From Acidimicrobiales bacterium (GTDB lineage: Bacteria > Actinomycetota > Acidimicrobiia > Acidimicrobiales > SHLQ01), in NCBI GenBank assembly GCA_020629635.1, contig JAHDCX010000007.1, positions 65,003-129,002 on the forward strand: a stretch of 64,000 bases of DNA. The letters run 5' to 3'. Shown here in pieces: positions 13,499-22,709 of this stretch. Numbering within the stretch: position 1 is the stretch's first letter; each line of letters begins with the position of its first letter. The notes below the pieces were generated by a model that had not been told where the DNA came from, ran no database searches, and worked only from the letters and a program-made list of their open reading frames with translations. Made by a program: the position numbers and the translations under genes.

Positions 13499-13631
13499 GT
13501 TTCGGGTGCGGCGTCGTGCAATGAAGGCGGGATTCCAAGCCATGTGTAAGCAGTCGGCTGCAAATGACAAGACATGAGTCAAATGATGCACATGACTGGG
13601 CCAAAAGACTCGGATGGCCGAGCCGGTCGTG

Positions 13632-14726
13632 TCAGAACTCTTCGTCGAACCCGACTTCGCCCTCGACCCCGACCTGGTAGGCCGAGACGGTGCGCTCGAA
13701 GAAGTTGGTGAGTTCCTGGACGTCTTGCAGCTCCATGAAATCGAACGGATTCTTCGAGCCGTAGATCGGCGACAAGCCAAGCTGCTGAAGGCGGCTGTCG
13801 GCCACGTACTCGAGGTACTGCCGGGTGTCGCCGAGGCTCATGCCCTGGACCCCTTCGATGAGCACGTCTGCGGCGAACTGATGCTCGCAGTCCACGGCCT
13901 CGGCGATCATCTCGTTGATCTTGGCCGTGAGATCAGCGTCGAAGAGTTCGGGTTCTTCCGCCCGAACCGTGTTGACGACCTCGAGCGCGAAGTTCATGTG
14001 ACAGCTCTCGTCTCGGAACACCCAGTTGGTTCCGGCGGCGAGACCGTTGAGCAGGCCCTTCGAACGAAGGAAGTACACGTAGGCGAACGCGGCGAAGAAG
14101 AACAGCCCTTCGATGCACGTCGCGAAACAGATCAGATTGAGCAAGAACTGCTTGCGTTGCTCGGGCGTCTCAATCTCATCGAGCTCGCTGATCGAGTCGA
14201 TCCACTTGAAGCAGAACTCGGCCTTCTTGCGAATCGACGGGATGTTCTCCACGGCCGCAAACGCTTCAGCACGCTCGTCGTGATCCGGGATGTAGTTGTC
14301 GAGCAGCGTCAGGTAGAACTGCACATGTAGCGCCTCTTCGTAGAGCTGGCGCGACAGATACATCCGCGCTTCGGGGGCGTTGATGTGCTGGTAGAGGTTG
14401 AGGACCAGGTTGTTGGCGACGATCGAATCGCCCGTGGCGAAGAACGCAACGAGGCGGCGAACGAGATGACGCTCAGCGGGCATGAGCTTGCGCTCGAGGT
14501 CAACAAGGTCGTCGGAGAAGTCGATCTCGTCGACGGTCCAGGTGTTCTTGATCGCGTCGAGATACATCTCGTAGAACGCGGGATATCGCATGGGCCGCAG
14601 CGTCAGGTCGAAGCCCGGGTCCAGGATGTTCTTCGGACGGCTCTGTGGGTCGGGCGTGGCGCCACCCGGGACGGCCGGGGGCGCCGGAATGGGGGGTACG
14701 GCGTGGATGTTGTCGACGAGTGCCAT
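13632..14726 (-). CDS. nrdB: Ribonucleotide reductase class Ia beta subunit
   Basis: FFATGD, EEALHVQFY (radical Tyr kept), IEGLFF, RDESCH, NFFERTVSAY; TGATG overlap with nrdA. Confidence 0.95.
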   Translation of the reverse strand: MALVDNIHAVPPIPAPPAVPGGATPDPQSRPKNILDPGFDLTLRPMRYPAFYEMYLDAIKNTWTVDEIDFSDDLVDLERKLMPAERHLVRRLVAFFATGDSIVANNLVLNLYQHINAPEARMYLSRQLYEEALHVQFYLTLLDNYIPDHDERAEAFAAVENIPSIRKKAEFCFKWIDSISELDEIETPEQRKQFLLNLICFATCIEGLFFFAAFAYVYFLRSKGLLNGLAAGTNWVFRDESCHMNFALEVVNTVRAEEPELFDADLTAKINEMIAEAVDCEHQFAADVLIEGVQGMSLGDTRQYLEYVADSRLQQLGLSPIYGSKNPFDFMELQDVQELTNFFERTVSAYQVGVEGEVGFDEEF

Positions 14727-17185
14727 CAGTCGCATGCCTCACAAGCTTCGGGGTTCTCGAGGGAGCACGCGATTGCTTCGGCATCGCTGAAGGTCGGTGC
14801 GGGTTGACCGTCGACGGGCGGCGGCGTGGGGGAGTTCGTGGTGGTCGTGGTCGTCTTGTTGATACGCGTGGCAGGTCGAGACCGCAGGTAGTAGGTGGTC
14901 TTGAGTCCAGCCTTCCAGGCATACATGTACATCGAGGAGAGCTTGCCGATGCTGGGAGACTCCATGAACAGGTTGAGCGACTGGCTCTGATCGATGTAGG
15001 CGCCACGATCGGCCGCCATGTCGATGAGCGAGCGCATCGGGATCTCCCACGCGGTGCGATAGACCTCGCGCAGATCCTCGGGGATGCGCTCGACGTCTTG
15101 CACCGAACCTTCGGCCTGCTTGAGCTCGTTGATCATCTGCTCGTCCCACAGGTTGCGGGCCTGGAGCTCTTTGACCAGGTACCGGTTGATCTGGAGGAAC
15201 TCGCCCGACAAGGTCTCCCGCTTGAACAGGTTCGACACCTGCGGCTCGATGCACTCATAACAGCCGGCGATCGACGCAATCGTCGCCGTGGGCGCGATGG
15301 CGATCATCAGGGAGTTGCGGAGTCCGTGCTCGGCCACCTTGGCGCGAACGTCGACCCAGCGATCGGTTTGGGTCGGCTCGATGTCCCACAGGTCGAACTG
15401 CAGGTCACCGGCTGCGGCACGCGTTCGGGCGTAGGTCTCGTGGGTGCCGAACTCCTCAGCGAGTGCGCTCGACGCAACGAGAGCGTTCAGGTAGATCTCC
15501 TCGGAGATCCGAGCCGACAGGGCTCGAGCCTCGTCGGAGTCGAACGACAGGCCCTTCTTGAAGAAGACGTCCTGGAGGCCCATGAGACCGAGACCGATCG
15601 GGCGCCACTTGCTGTTGGAGTGCCCAGCCTCTCCCGTCGGGTAGTAGTTGATGTCGATGACCCGATCGAGGAACGGCACGACCAGCTGCACGACCTCGGC
15701 GAGGCGGTCGAAATCGAACTCGCGAGTCGTCGGGTCGACGAACTCCCCAAGGTTGATCGAGCCGAGGTTGCACACCGCAGTCTCGTCCTGGTTGGTGACC
15801 TCGATGATTTCCGTGCACAGGTTCGACAAGTGCACGACGCTCGCCGTTCCGTCCTGAGACGGCTGGCCGGTCTGGTTGCACTTCTGGTTCGAGGAGTCCT
15901 TGAACGTCATCCACCCGTTGCCGGTCTGGGCGAGGCTCCGCATCATTCGGCTGTAGAGGTCACGGGCCTTGACCTGCCGCTCGTAGAGGCCGGCGGCTTC
16001 GGCCTCTTCGTAGGCGGCCCGGAACTCGTCGCCGTAGAGGTCGGTGAGGTGTGGCACCTTCTTGGGGTCGAACAGCGACCACTGCCAGTCCTTGTCGACC
16101 CGTTCCATGAACAGGTCGGGGACCCAGTTCGCGAGGTTCAGGTTGTGGGCCCGGCGCATGTGGTCGCCGGTGTTCTCCTTCAGATCGAGGAAGTCCTCGA
16201 TGTCGGCGTGCCAGCTCTCGAGATAGATGCACGCGGCGCCCTTGCGGCGGCCGCCCTGGTTGACGGCCGCAACGGACGAATCCAGTGTCTTGAGCCACGG
16301 CACGATGCCGTTGGAGAGACCGTTGGTGCCCTGGATCAGCGAACCCTTCGAGCGCACTCGATGCCAGGCGACGCCGATGCCACCGGCGAACTTCGACAGA
16401 CGAGCGATGTCGGTGTACCGCTTGTAGATGCCCTCGAGTGAGTCCTCCGGAGAGTCGAGGAGGTAGCACGAGCTCATCTGGGCGTGCCGGGTACCGGAGT
16501 TGAACAGCGTGGGGCTCGACGGCAGGTACGACAGCGACGACATGAGGTCGTAGAAGCGCACCGCCTCGTCTGCGCTTTGCGAGAGCCCACACGCCACCCG
16601 GAGGAAGAAGTACTGGGGGGTCTCGACAACTTGGCGGGTGTCGGGATGGCGAAGCAGATAGCGGTCGTACACCGTGCGAAGGCCGAAGAACTCGAACTTG
16701 CGATCTCGGTCGGTGTTGATGGCGGCGTTGAGCGTCGGCGCGTTCGCCTCGACGAATGCCGCAACGTCATCGCCGACCAGCCCCAGCGCGTGGCCCGCCG
16801 AGATCGACTCGGAGAACCACGGAATGTTCTGGTTTCGAACTTCTTTGTCGATCGTCGTCGCAAGCAGGCGTGCGGCGAGCTTGGAGTAGTTGGGCTCTTC
16901 GACGATGAATCCGGCTGCCGTGCGGATCGACAGCTCATCGAGCTCCTGCGTCGTCGCTCCGTCGGCAAGTGCCGAGATCGTCCGCGTCGCCACCCGCATT
17001 GGATCGACGTTGAGGAGACCCTCGGCGCACCGGGCGACGGCGTTCACGATTTTGTTCAGATCGACCGGTTCCAACGAACCGTTGCGTTTCCGGACGTGCA
17101 TCCCCGTTGCTGCTGCAGCGGTTTCGGCCGGAGCCGTTGGTGCCGTAGAGAGCGCGCTCGCCCCGCGGTCTTCCGTGATCGTCAT
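14726..17185 (-). CDS. nrdA: Ribonucleotide reductase class Ia alpha subunit with ATP-cone
   Basis: VRKRNG ATP-cone, SPTLFNSG, SSCY, SNLCTEI, APTAT, KTTYYLR and C-terminal CxxC. Confidence 0.96.
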   Translation of the reverse strand: MTITEDRGASALSTAPTAPAETAAAATGMHVRKRNGSLEPVDLNKIVNAVARCAEGLLNVDPMRVATRTISALADGATTQELDELSIRTAAGFIVEEPNYSKLAARLLATTIDKEVRNQNIPWFSESISAGHALGLVGDDVAAFVEANAPTLNAAINTDRDRKFEFFGLRTVYDRYLLRHPDTRQVVETPQYFFLRVACGLSQSADEAVRFYDLMSSLSYLPSSPTLFNSGTRHAQMSSCYLLDSPEDSLEGIYKRYTDIARLSKFAGGIGVAWHRVRSKGSLIQGTNGLSNGIVPWLKTLDSSVAAVNQGGRRKGAACIYLESWHADIEDFLDLKENTGDHMRRAHNLNLANWVPDLFMERVDKDWQWSLFDPKKVPHLTDLYGDEFRAAYEEAEAAGLYERQVKARDLYSRMMRSLAQTGNGWMTFKDSSNQKCNQTGQPSQDGTASVVHLSNLCTEIIEVTNQDETAVCNLGSINLGEFVDPTTREFDFDRLAEVVQLVVPFLDRVIDINYYPTGEAGHSNSKWRPIGLGLMGLQDVFFKKGLSFDSDEARALSARISEEIYLNALVASSALAEEFGTHETYARTRAAAGDLQFDLWDIEPTQTDRWVDVRAKVAEHGLRNSLMIAIAPTATIASIAGCYECIEPQVSNLFKRETLSGEFLQINRYLVKELQARNLWDEQMINELKQAEGSVQDVERIPEDLREVYRTAWEIPMRSLIDMAADRGAYIDQSQSLNLFMESPSIGKLSSMYMYAWKAGLKTTYYLRSRPATRINKTTTTTTNSPTPPPVDGQPAPTFSDAEAIACSLENPEACEACD

Positions 17186-17250
17186 GTGTCAGCCACCTCG
17201 TGCGTCCCAGCCAGCCGTGGAGAAAAACCAGCCCAGTTGTCCATCCCACT

Positions 17251-17350
17251 CCCGGCCAAGCGTCAGGGGTCGACGAAGCTGGCGAGTGCGTGATGTCCGT
17301 CGTGACGTGCACTCGTCCGGCGTGTCGTCGACCGCTGCGGGGCCGCCGGG
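17251..17350 (-). ncRNA. Candidate structured 5' leader of nrdAB (family unassigned)
   Basis: Nested stems CCCGGC/GCCGGG, GGTCGACGA/TCGTCGACC and CGAGTGC/GCACTCG lie between a TTGACG box and nrdA. Confidence 0.4.
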
Positions 17351-17357
17351 GTGGAAA

Positions 17358-17390
17358 GCAATTACAGCGTCGTAATTACACCTGCGTCAA
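17358..17390 (-). promoter_or_regulatory. Putative nrdA promoter/operator
   Basis: TTGACG (-35-like) at 17385-17390; two TGTAATT copies 15 bp apart, one inside the palindrome GTAATTAC. Confidence 0.4.
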
Positions 17391-17662
17391 GTCTTGTTTG
17401 CCCTCCCGTCACCCCGACCGCGCAGCGCGTTTGGCCGTGTCCCGTTCTGGCGTTTGAGTTTTCAGCAAGCTGCCGATTCGCGACTCACGCTGGGTGAATA
17501 TGACAATTTCATGACGGCGAGGGCTTGTCTCGATGTGTGTCGGGCGTCACGTCTCTTTCCCACGGAACGTGAGAGGAAATGAGTTCAGGACCACGAATGT
17601 GTCCGGTCGTGTGACGAATCGTGGGGAACACCCGCCTGGAGAGCCGAAACGACCCTCGCGTG

Positions 17663-18898
17663 CTATTCGGCCCGTGTGAAGCTTCGCAACACGGCCTGAG
17701 CGGCCGCTCGCCCCGATTGCAGCGCACCGTTGATCGACGGGTTCTGACGGTGGTCACCAGCGACATAAACGCCGCTGTCGAGCAACGACGGCGCCGGGAC
17801 GGCCTCTCCGGGCAGGATCCGAGGCTGTGCGTGGGCGATGTCGTCGACCCGAAGCAGATCCCAATCCCCAACCACCGACCCGAACCAGCCCCGGAGCTGG
17901 GAACGAACCGCATCGACGGTCTCCGAATCGGGAGCACCGGGGTAGGACACGGCCGTCAAATGACGGCCATCAGGTGCATAGAAGGGCGACACGTTCGACA
18001 TGACCGCAACATTGTTGACCGGCCCATCCCCAGAGCCGTTCAGCAGCAGGAGGCGGTCGTCATAGGGCGCAACATCGGAGCCGAACCAGAGCGTGGTCAC
18101 CCGATTCCAGCCGAGATCCGGGGTGTCGATGAGCGATGACGCGGCGGTCATGTCGGTCGCCACGATCACGGCATCGGCCTCGATCCGCTCGCCGCCACTG
18201 ATGACATGATCGTCTGCCACCGAATCGACGGCGCGCCCGAGGTGGATCGATTCGGCGTCAAGCCGATCAGCGAGCTGTCGACCGAGCTCCCCCATGCCTC
18301 GAGCGGGGACGGCGCCGTAGCCCTCGGACAACATCGCAAACACGAACTCGCTGAACCGACTCGTCACGTCGAGCCGCGGGTCGAGCGTGATCCCTCGCAG
18401 GAGTGGGCCGAGGAAACGTTCGATGAAGTCCTCCGAGAACCCGCGATCCCGAAGACGCGCACGAGTCGTGACCTCGCCACGACGCCACAGCTCATCCACG
18501 TCGACCCCTTGTACGCGCCGTCGCCAGTCGAGCAGTCGGAGCTTGTCGGCCACCGAGCCAACCGGCGCGCGGACCGTCGCGAGCAGATCGGATTGGCGAC
18601 GGAACGGGTCGCCCACGAGTGTTCGACCGGAGTCGAGCTCGACGAGTGCACCCGGATGAAAACGACGCAGGTCGAGGGCGTCGTAGTCGAACATGCGCTC
18701 GGCGACCGGGTACGCCGTGAGGAGGATCTGAAAGCCACGATCGAGCAGGTAGCCGTCGACCTCGTCGGTACGAACCCGGCCACCCACGCCATCGGATGCC
18801 TCCAGCACTCGGACGGTCCGTCCGCGTTCGGCAACCGTCACGGCGGCGGCGAGTCCAGCCAGACCCGCACCCACAATGACCACATCGACGTCGCTCAT
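17663..18898 (-). CDS. FAD-dependent oxidoreductase (amine oxidase/protoporphyrinogen oxidase-like)
   Basis: VVIVGAGLAGL, LEASDGVGGRVRTD, LDRGFQ, AGDH...SINGALQSG; start overlaps the aroQ stop. Confidence 0.88.
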   Translation of the reverse strand: MSDVDVVIVGAGLAGLAAAVTVAERGRTVRVLEASDGVGGRVRTDEVDGYLLDRGFQILLTAYPVAERMFDYDALDLRRFHPGALVELDSGRTLVGDPFRRQSDLLATVRAPVGSVADKLRLLDWRRRVQGVDVDELWRRGEVTTRARLRDRGFSEDFIERFLGPLLRGITLDPRLDVTSRFSEFVFAMLSEGYGAVPARGMGELGRQLADRLDAESIHLGRAVDSVADDHVISGGERIEADAVIVATDMTAASSLIDTPDLGWNRVTTLWFGSDVAPYDDRLLLLNGSGDGPVNNVAVMSNVSPFYAPDGRHLTAVSYPGAPDSETVDAVRSQLRGWFGSVVGDWDLLRVDDIAHAQPRILPGEAVPAPSLLDSGVYVAGDHRQNPSINGALQSGRAAAQAVLRSFTRAE

Positions 18899-19338
18899 GA
18901 ACCGCTCCTTTCGACGATCTCGGCGGCGGCCTGGAGTGCGAGCTCGTACCCCTGGGCACCGAACCCGGCAACCGTACCGACGCACACGGGTGCGATCAGC
19001 GAGCGATGACGGAACTCTTCGCGAGCCGCCGGATTCGAGAGGTGAACCTCGACGACGGGGTACGGCACCGCCGCCACGGCGTCGCGCAGGGCCACGGACG
19101 TGTGCGTGTGCCCGCCCGGATTGAACAGCGCCACGTCTGCCCAGCCGATCACCTCGTGAAGCGCGTCGATCAGCGCGCCTTCGTGATTCGATTGCACCGG
19201 CCGGACAGCGCCGCGATCGGCTTCGACGATGGCGCTCACTCGCTCGACGATGTCGGCAAGGGTCTCGGAGCCATAGATGTCGGGCTCTCGTGCGCCGAGG
19301 AGGTTGAGATTCGGTCCATTGAGCAACAACACGTTCAC
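18895..19338 (-). CDS. aroQ: Type II 3-dehydroquinate dehydratase
   Basis: LNGPNLNLLGAREPDIYG, QSNHEG, NPGGHTHTS, EVHLSN; GTG start. Confidence 0.96.
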   Translation of the reverse strand: MNVLLLNGPNLNLLGAREPDIYGSETLADIVERVSAIVEADRGAVRPVQSNHEGALIDALHEVIGWADVALFNPGGHTHTSVALRDAVAAVPYPVVEVHLSNPAAREEFRHRSLIAPVCVGTVAGFGAQGYELALQAAAEIVERSGS

Positions 19339-19349
19339 GGCTGACCAGC

Positions 19350-20693
19350 CTAGGTTGTTCGCTCCCCCACGCCTGAAGCAACCTCCGCCGGCGACTCGCC
19401 GCTGGTCGACGTGTCGATTCGCCACTCGCCTCCGATTTCGACGAGATCGCCTCCGTCCGTCGCATCAGCGGGCTCGACGAGCACGTCTCTGTGCCGGACG
19501 ACGAGCGGTTCGGGTCCGCGCCAGACACCGATCGCCAGGTTGTAACGGGCCGGGCTCAAGGCGAGTGGATCGATCGAACAGCGAAGGTCGACCGTCGTCG
19601 GGCCCGAGGCACCGTCGGTGAACTCGGCCTCGTCGAGCTCGACAGCCGAGCCCATCCCAATGGTTGTCCCGAGTGCATCGACCACGGACACCCGCGCTTC
19701 GGGCGCATGATCGGCGTGTGGTGAATCGAGGTCCGTCAGCAGGCGGAGCAGCGCTTCGCCGTCGATCGAAAAATCGACGGAGAACGGTTCACCGACCCGA
19801 ATCCGGCCGTCGGCGGATCCGGTCACCGTGAGACCGGTCATCGCATCGGGGCAGACGTCCGCCTCGATCAGCTTGGCGGTCGCCTCGGCGAACCTGGCGA
19901 GTCGCTTCTTTTTCGGTTCCTTTCCCGGCAGCGTACGCGAATCGATCATTCGGCCGGCACGCTCGTTCGAGGCCTGTTCCTGGTACTCGTCGACGACCTC
20001 ATCGGCAGGGCCGAAGGCTCGCACTTCGCCGTGATGGAGCCAGAGCACGTGATCGCAGTTGCTCCGCATCATGCCCATGTTGTGCGAGACCTGGACGATG
20101 GTCGTGCCGTTCGACCGAAGCTCTTTCATCCGCTCGAGTCCGTGCTGTTTGAACGCGATGTCGCCGACGGCGGTGATCTCGTCGGCAAGAAGGATTTCGG
20201 GATTGAGCTGCACGGAGACCGCGAACCCGAGCCTGGCGCGCATCCCACTCGAGTAGGTCTCGATCGGGGCGTCGAAGAAGGATCCGATGTCGGCCATGTC
20301 GACGATGTCATCCATCACCGAATCCATGTGTGCCCGGTCGAGACCGACCACCGATCCGTTCATGTACACGTTCTCTCGGCCGGTCAGGTCGGGATGGAAG
20401 CCCGCGCCAAGCTCGAGCAGCGCCGTCACTCGACCACGAACTCGAATCTCTCCTTCGGTGGGCCGGTAGATGCCGCACAAGGTTCGGAGAAAGGTCGACT
20501 TTCCCGACCCGTTGTGCCCAATGACGCCGAGCATCGAGCCGCGCGGGACTTCGACAGAGACGTTGCGCACCGCCCAGAACTCGTCACGGTTCGCCGTCGC
20601 AAAGCCGGTCACCCGGTCCTTGAGGCTCGTGCTCCGTCGTCCGAGCAGGAACTTCTTCGACACACCTTGGGCGACGATCGCTGGCTCGTTCAC
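19350..20693 (-). CDS. Polysaccharide ABC exporter ATPase (Wzt/TagH-like) with C-terminal extension
   Basis: GHNGSGKST, LLELGAGFHPDLTGREN, YSSGMRARLGFA, DEITAVGD; ~190-aa C-terminal beta-rich domain. Confidence 0.9.
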   Translation of the reverse strand: MNEPAIVAQGVSKKFLLGRRSTSLKDRVTGFATANRDEFWAVRNVSVEVPRGSMLGVIGHNGSGKSTFLRTLCGIYRPTEGEIRVRGRVTALLELGAGFHPDLTGRENVYMNGSVVGLDRAHMDSVMDDIVDMADIGSFFDAPIETYSSGMRARLGFAVSVQLNPEILLADEITAVGDIAFKQHGLERMKELRSNGTTIVQVSHNMGMMRSNCDHVLWLHHGEVRAFGPADEVVDEYQEQASNERAGRMIDSRTLPGKEPKKKRLARFAEATAKLIEADVCPDAMTGLTVTGSADGRIRVGEPFSVDFSIDGEALLRLLTDLDSPHADHAPEARVSVVDALGTTIGMGSAVELDEAEFTDGASGPTTVDLRCSIDPLALSPARYNLAIGVWRGPEPLVVRHRDVLVEPADATDGGDLVEIGGEWRIDTSTSGESPAEVASGVGERTT

Positions 20694-21568
20694 AAGCCCT
20701 CCGCGACATCGGCTGAGGTTCGGGCGAAGATCGCCCAACCGAGCCAGAGAACACCGAGTGAGAAGACGCTCAGGTAGATCCAATCGATCGCCGGCGGCCA
20801 CCGGAAGTAGATGAGACCGTCCCGGGCGAATCCGACCATCCGCGTGAACGGGTTCCACGAAACGACGTTCTTCATCCACCCGTCGCCGACGCGGGCCGTG
20901 AGCATCTCGATCGGCCAGATGATCGGCACGAAGTAGAAGAACAGTCGAAGGAAGATCGAGTAGAGGTACCCGACGTCGCGGTAGCGGCTGTTGGCAACCG
21001 ACAACAGCAGGCCCGTGCCGAGCCCGGTGAGCGCGGCGAAGAGCGCAGCGGGCACGACGACGATCGCATGGATCGACAGATGACCCCACGCCGCGAAGAA
21101 GGCGATGACGACGATGACCAGGGTCGAACTCTGAATCGAGGTGTTGATTGCCTCGGCGATGGCGGGCGCAACCGGCGGAAAGTAGAGCTTGCGTCGAAGC
21201 TTCACGGTCGACGAGAAGTCCGTGAGCACCTTCGCCGACACGGAGCGGAAGTATCCCCACACCGCGAGGCCAGCCACGAGGAAGTGCGGAAACGACGAAA
21301 AGCCGTTCGGGGCCTCGGGAATCCCCCGGCCGACGGCGAGGATGTACCCGAAGACGAGGCTGTAGATCGCGACCTCGGCGATCGGGTTGAGCAGCGACCA
21401 GAACCAGCCGAGATAGCTCCGCAGGTACGTCATCCGGAGCTGGCGCTTCGTCAGATAGGCGATGAAGTCGCGATACGCCCACGCTTCACGAGCCGATCGC
21501 AGCACCGATGTCTGTTCGTCCGATGCGGTGAAGACGAAGAGTTCGGGTTCGGGCGAAGACGTGGTCAT
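20690..21568 (-). CDS. Polysaccharide ABC-2 permease (Wzm/TagG-like)
   Basis: YLRSYLGWFWSLLNP, YRDVGYL, FYFVPIIWP, WNPF; about 6 TM segments; coupled to the ATPase. Confidence 0.9.
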   Translation of the reverse strand: MTTSSPEPELFVFTASDEQTSVLRSAREAWAYRDFIAYLTKRQLRMTYLRSYLGWFWSLLNPIAEVAIYSLVFGYILAVGRGIPEAPNGFSSFPHFLVAGLAVWGYFRSVSAKVLTDFSSTVKLRRKLYFPPVAPAIAEAINTSIQSSTLVIVVIAFFAAWGHLSIHAIVVVPAALFAALTGLGTGLLLSVANSRYRDVGYLYSIFLRLFFYFVPIIWPIEMLTARVGDGWMKNVVSWNPFTRMVGFARDGLIYFRWPPAIDWIYLSVFSLGVLWLGWAIFARTSADVAEGL

Positions 21569-22530
21569 GGCAGGTGGGCTCGCAACTCGCCCACGACCGT
21601 ACCGGCTGCGTTGGTCAGGGCTGTGGAGCCATGATGGTCGCCGACCGCGCCCGTGTACGCCAGGAGCGCGCCGATCGCGACGTCGACGGCTCGTGCTGCG
21701 CCGTCGCGTGCCTTGCAGGCGATCCCGATCGACCGGGCCGGCAGAGCGGCCATGAAGACGCCCTCGGCTCCGCCTTTCATGACGAGCGGCTCCACCGCAT
21801 CTGCGGTGATCGTGACCTCCGGTCGGTTGGTACCCGACACCCACCAGGGGTTGGCCGCAAGGGCGCTCGACATGCGCGCACCGGCATCACCCTTCGGCAA
21901 CTGAGCCATCGCCCGAGCAAGCCCGACGAGGGGGATGCCGAACGTCGGAATTCCGCAACCGTCCACGCCAGCGACCTGATCGGCGACGTCGAACCCGGTG
22001 TGCTCCACGATCGATGCCTCGACGAGTTCTTGGACGGGGTGATCACGGGAGCGGTAGCCGGCCGTATCGACACCGAGGTGGCGCGCAAGCGTCAAGAAGC
22101 CGGTGTGCTTGCCAGAGCAACAGTGATGGACCCGGGACAGCGCCACACGGTTGGAGATGAGCGCGTCGCCGGCGTTCGCATCGATCGGCCGTTGTGCCCC
22201 ACACTCGAGGTCCTCGACGCTGCAACCGATCCGTGCAAGCCACGCCTCGACCGCCTCGATGTGGTCAGGTTCGGACGAATGACTCGAGCCCGCCAGCGCC
22301 AACTCGTGGTCGGCAACGTCGAAGGCATCCGCTGCGCCGGACCGGATCAGCGGGATGGCCTGGACCGACTTGATGGCCGATCGCGGAATCACGAGTCGTT
22401 CACCGTCACCCCAGATCGCCTCGGTCCCCGAGGGGCCGACGATGGCCGCATCGACGAGATGTTCGCTCTCGACGATCGAGCGAGTCGCCGTGACCCGAAT
22501 GGGGTTGGCGCGAAGCGGAGAACTCGACAT
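21565..22530 (-). CDS. L-asparaginase II family protein
   Basis: RSIVESEH, PRSAIKSVQA, SSHSSE, CSGKH, DGCG, KGGAEG. Confidence 0.88.
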   Translation of the reverse strand: MSSSPLRANPIRVTATRSIVESEHLVDAAIVGPSGTEAIWGDGERLVIPRSAIKSVQAIPLIRSGAADAFDVADHELALAGSSHSSEPDHIEAVEAWLARIGCSVEDLECGAQRPIDANAGDALISNRVALSRVHHCCSGKHTGFLTLARHLGVDTAGYRSRDHPVQELVEASIVEHTGFDVADQVAGVDGCGIPTFGIPLVGLARAMAQLPKGDAGARMSSALAANPWWVSGTNRPEVTITADAVEPLVMKGGAEGVFMAALPARSIGIACKARDGAARAVDVAIGALLAYTGAVGDHHGSTALTNAAGTVVGELRAHLP

Positions 22531-22709
22531 CTCGACAAGTCTGGCGCAGCCTCGGCGCGTTGAAACTGCGGCGGGATGAAAGTTCGGTCCGCCAGCGTTC
22601 AGGTTCGGTGTCGGCAGGTCGACAATTCGCGGTGTCGTGCGGCCCGGTATCCCCGGACCGAACCGCGATATCCTCGCCCTGTCAGGAGTTCACCGTCGAA
22701 AGGACCCTC

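Noticed and set aside
13632-14726. Non-canonical (class Ic/Ie) R2 subunit
   Set aside because: The radical Tyr and all carboxylate/His metal ligands are present, as in ordinary class Ia
17618-17631. Type I-E CRISPR repeat-like GTGTTCCCCACG on the minus strand
   Set aside because: A single short match with no repetition
17663-21482. Extended ORFs 17663-19528 and 19350-21482 as fusion proteins
   Set aside because: The extensions are off-frame read-through of upstream genes; the true starts overlap upstream stops at 18898 and 20693
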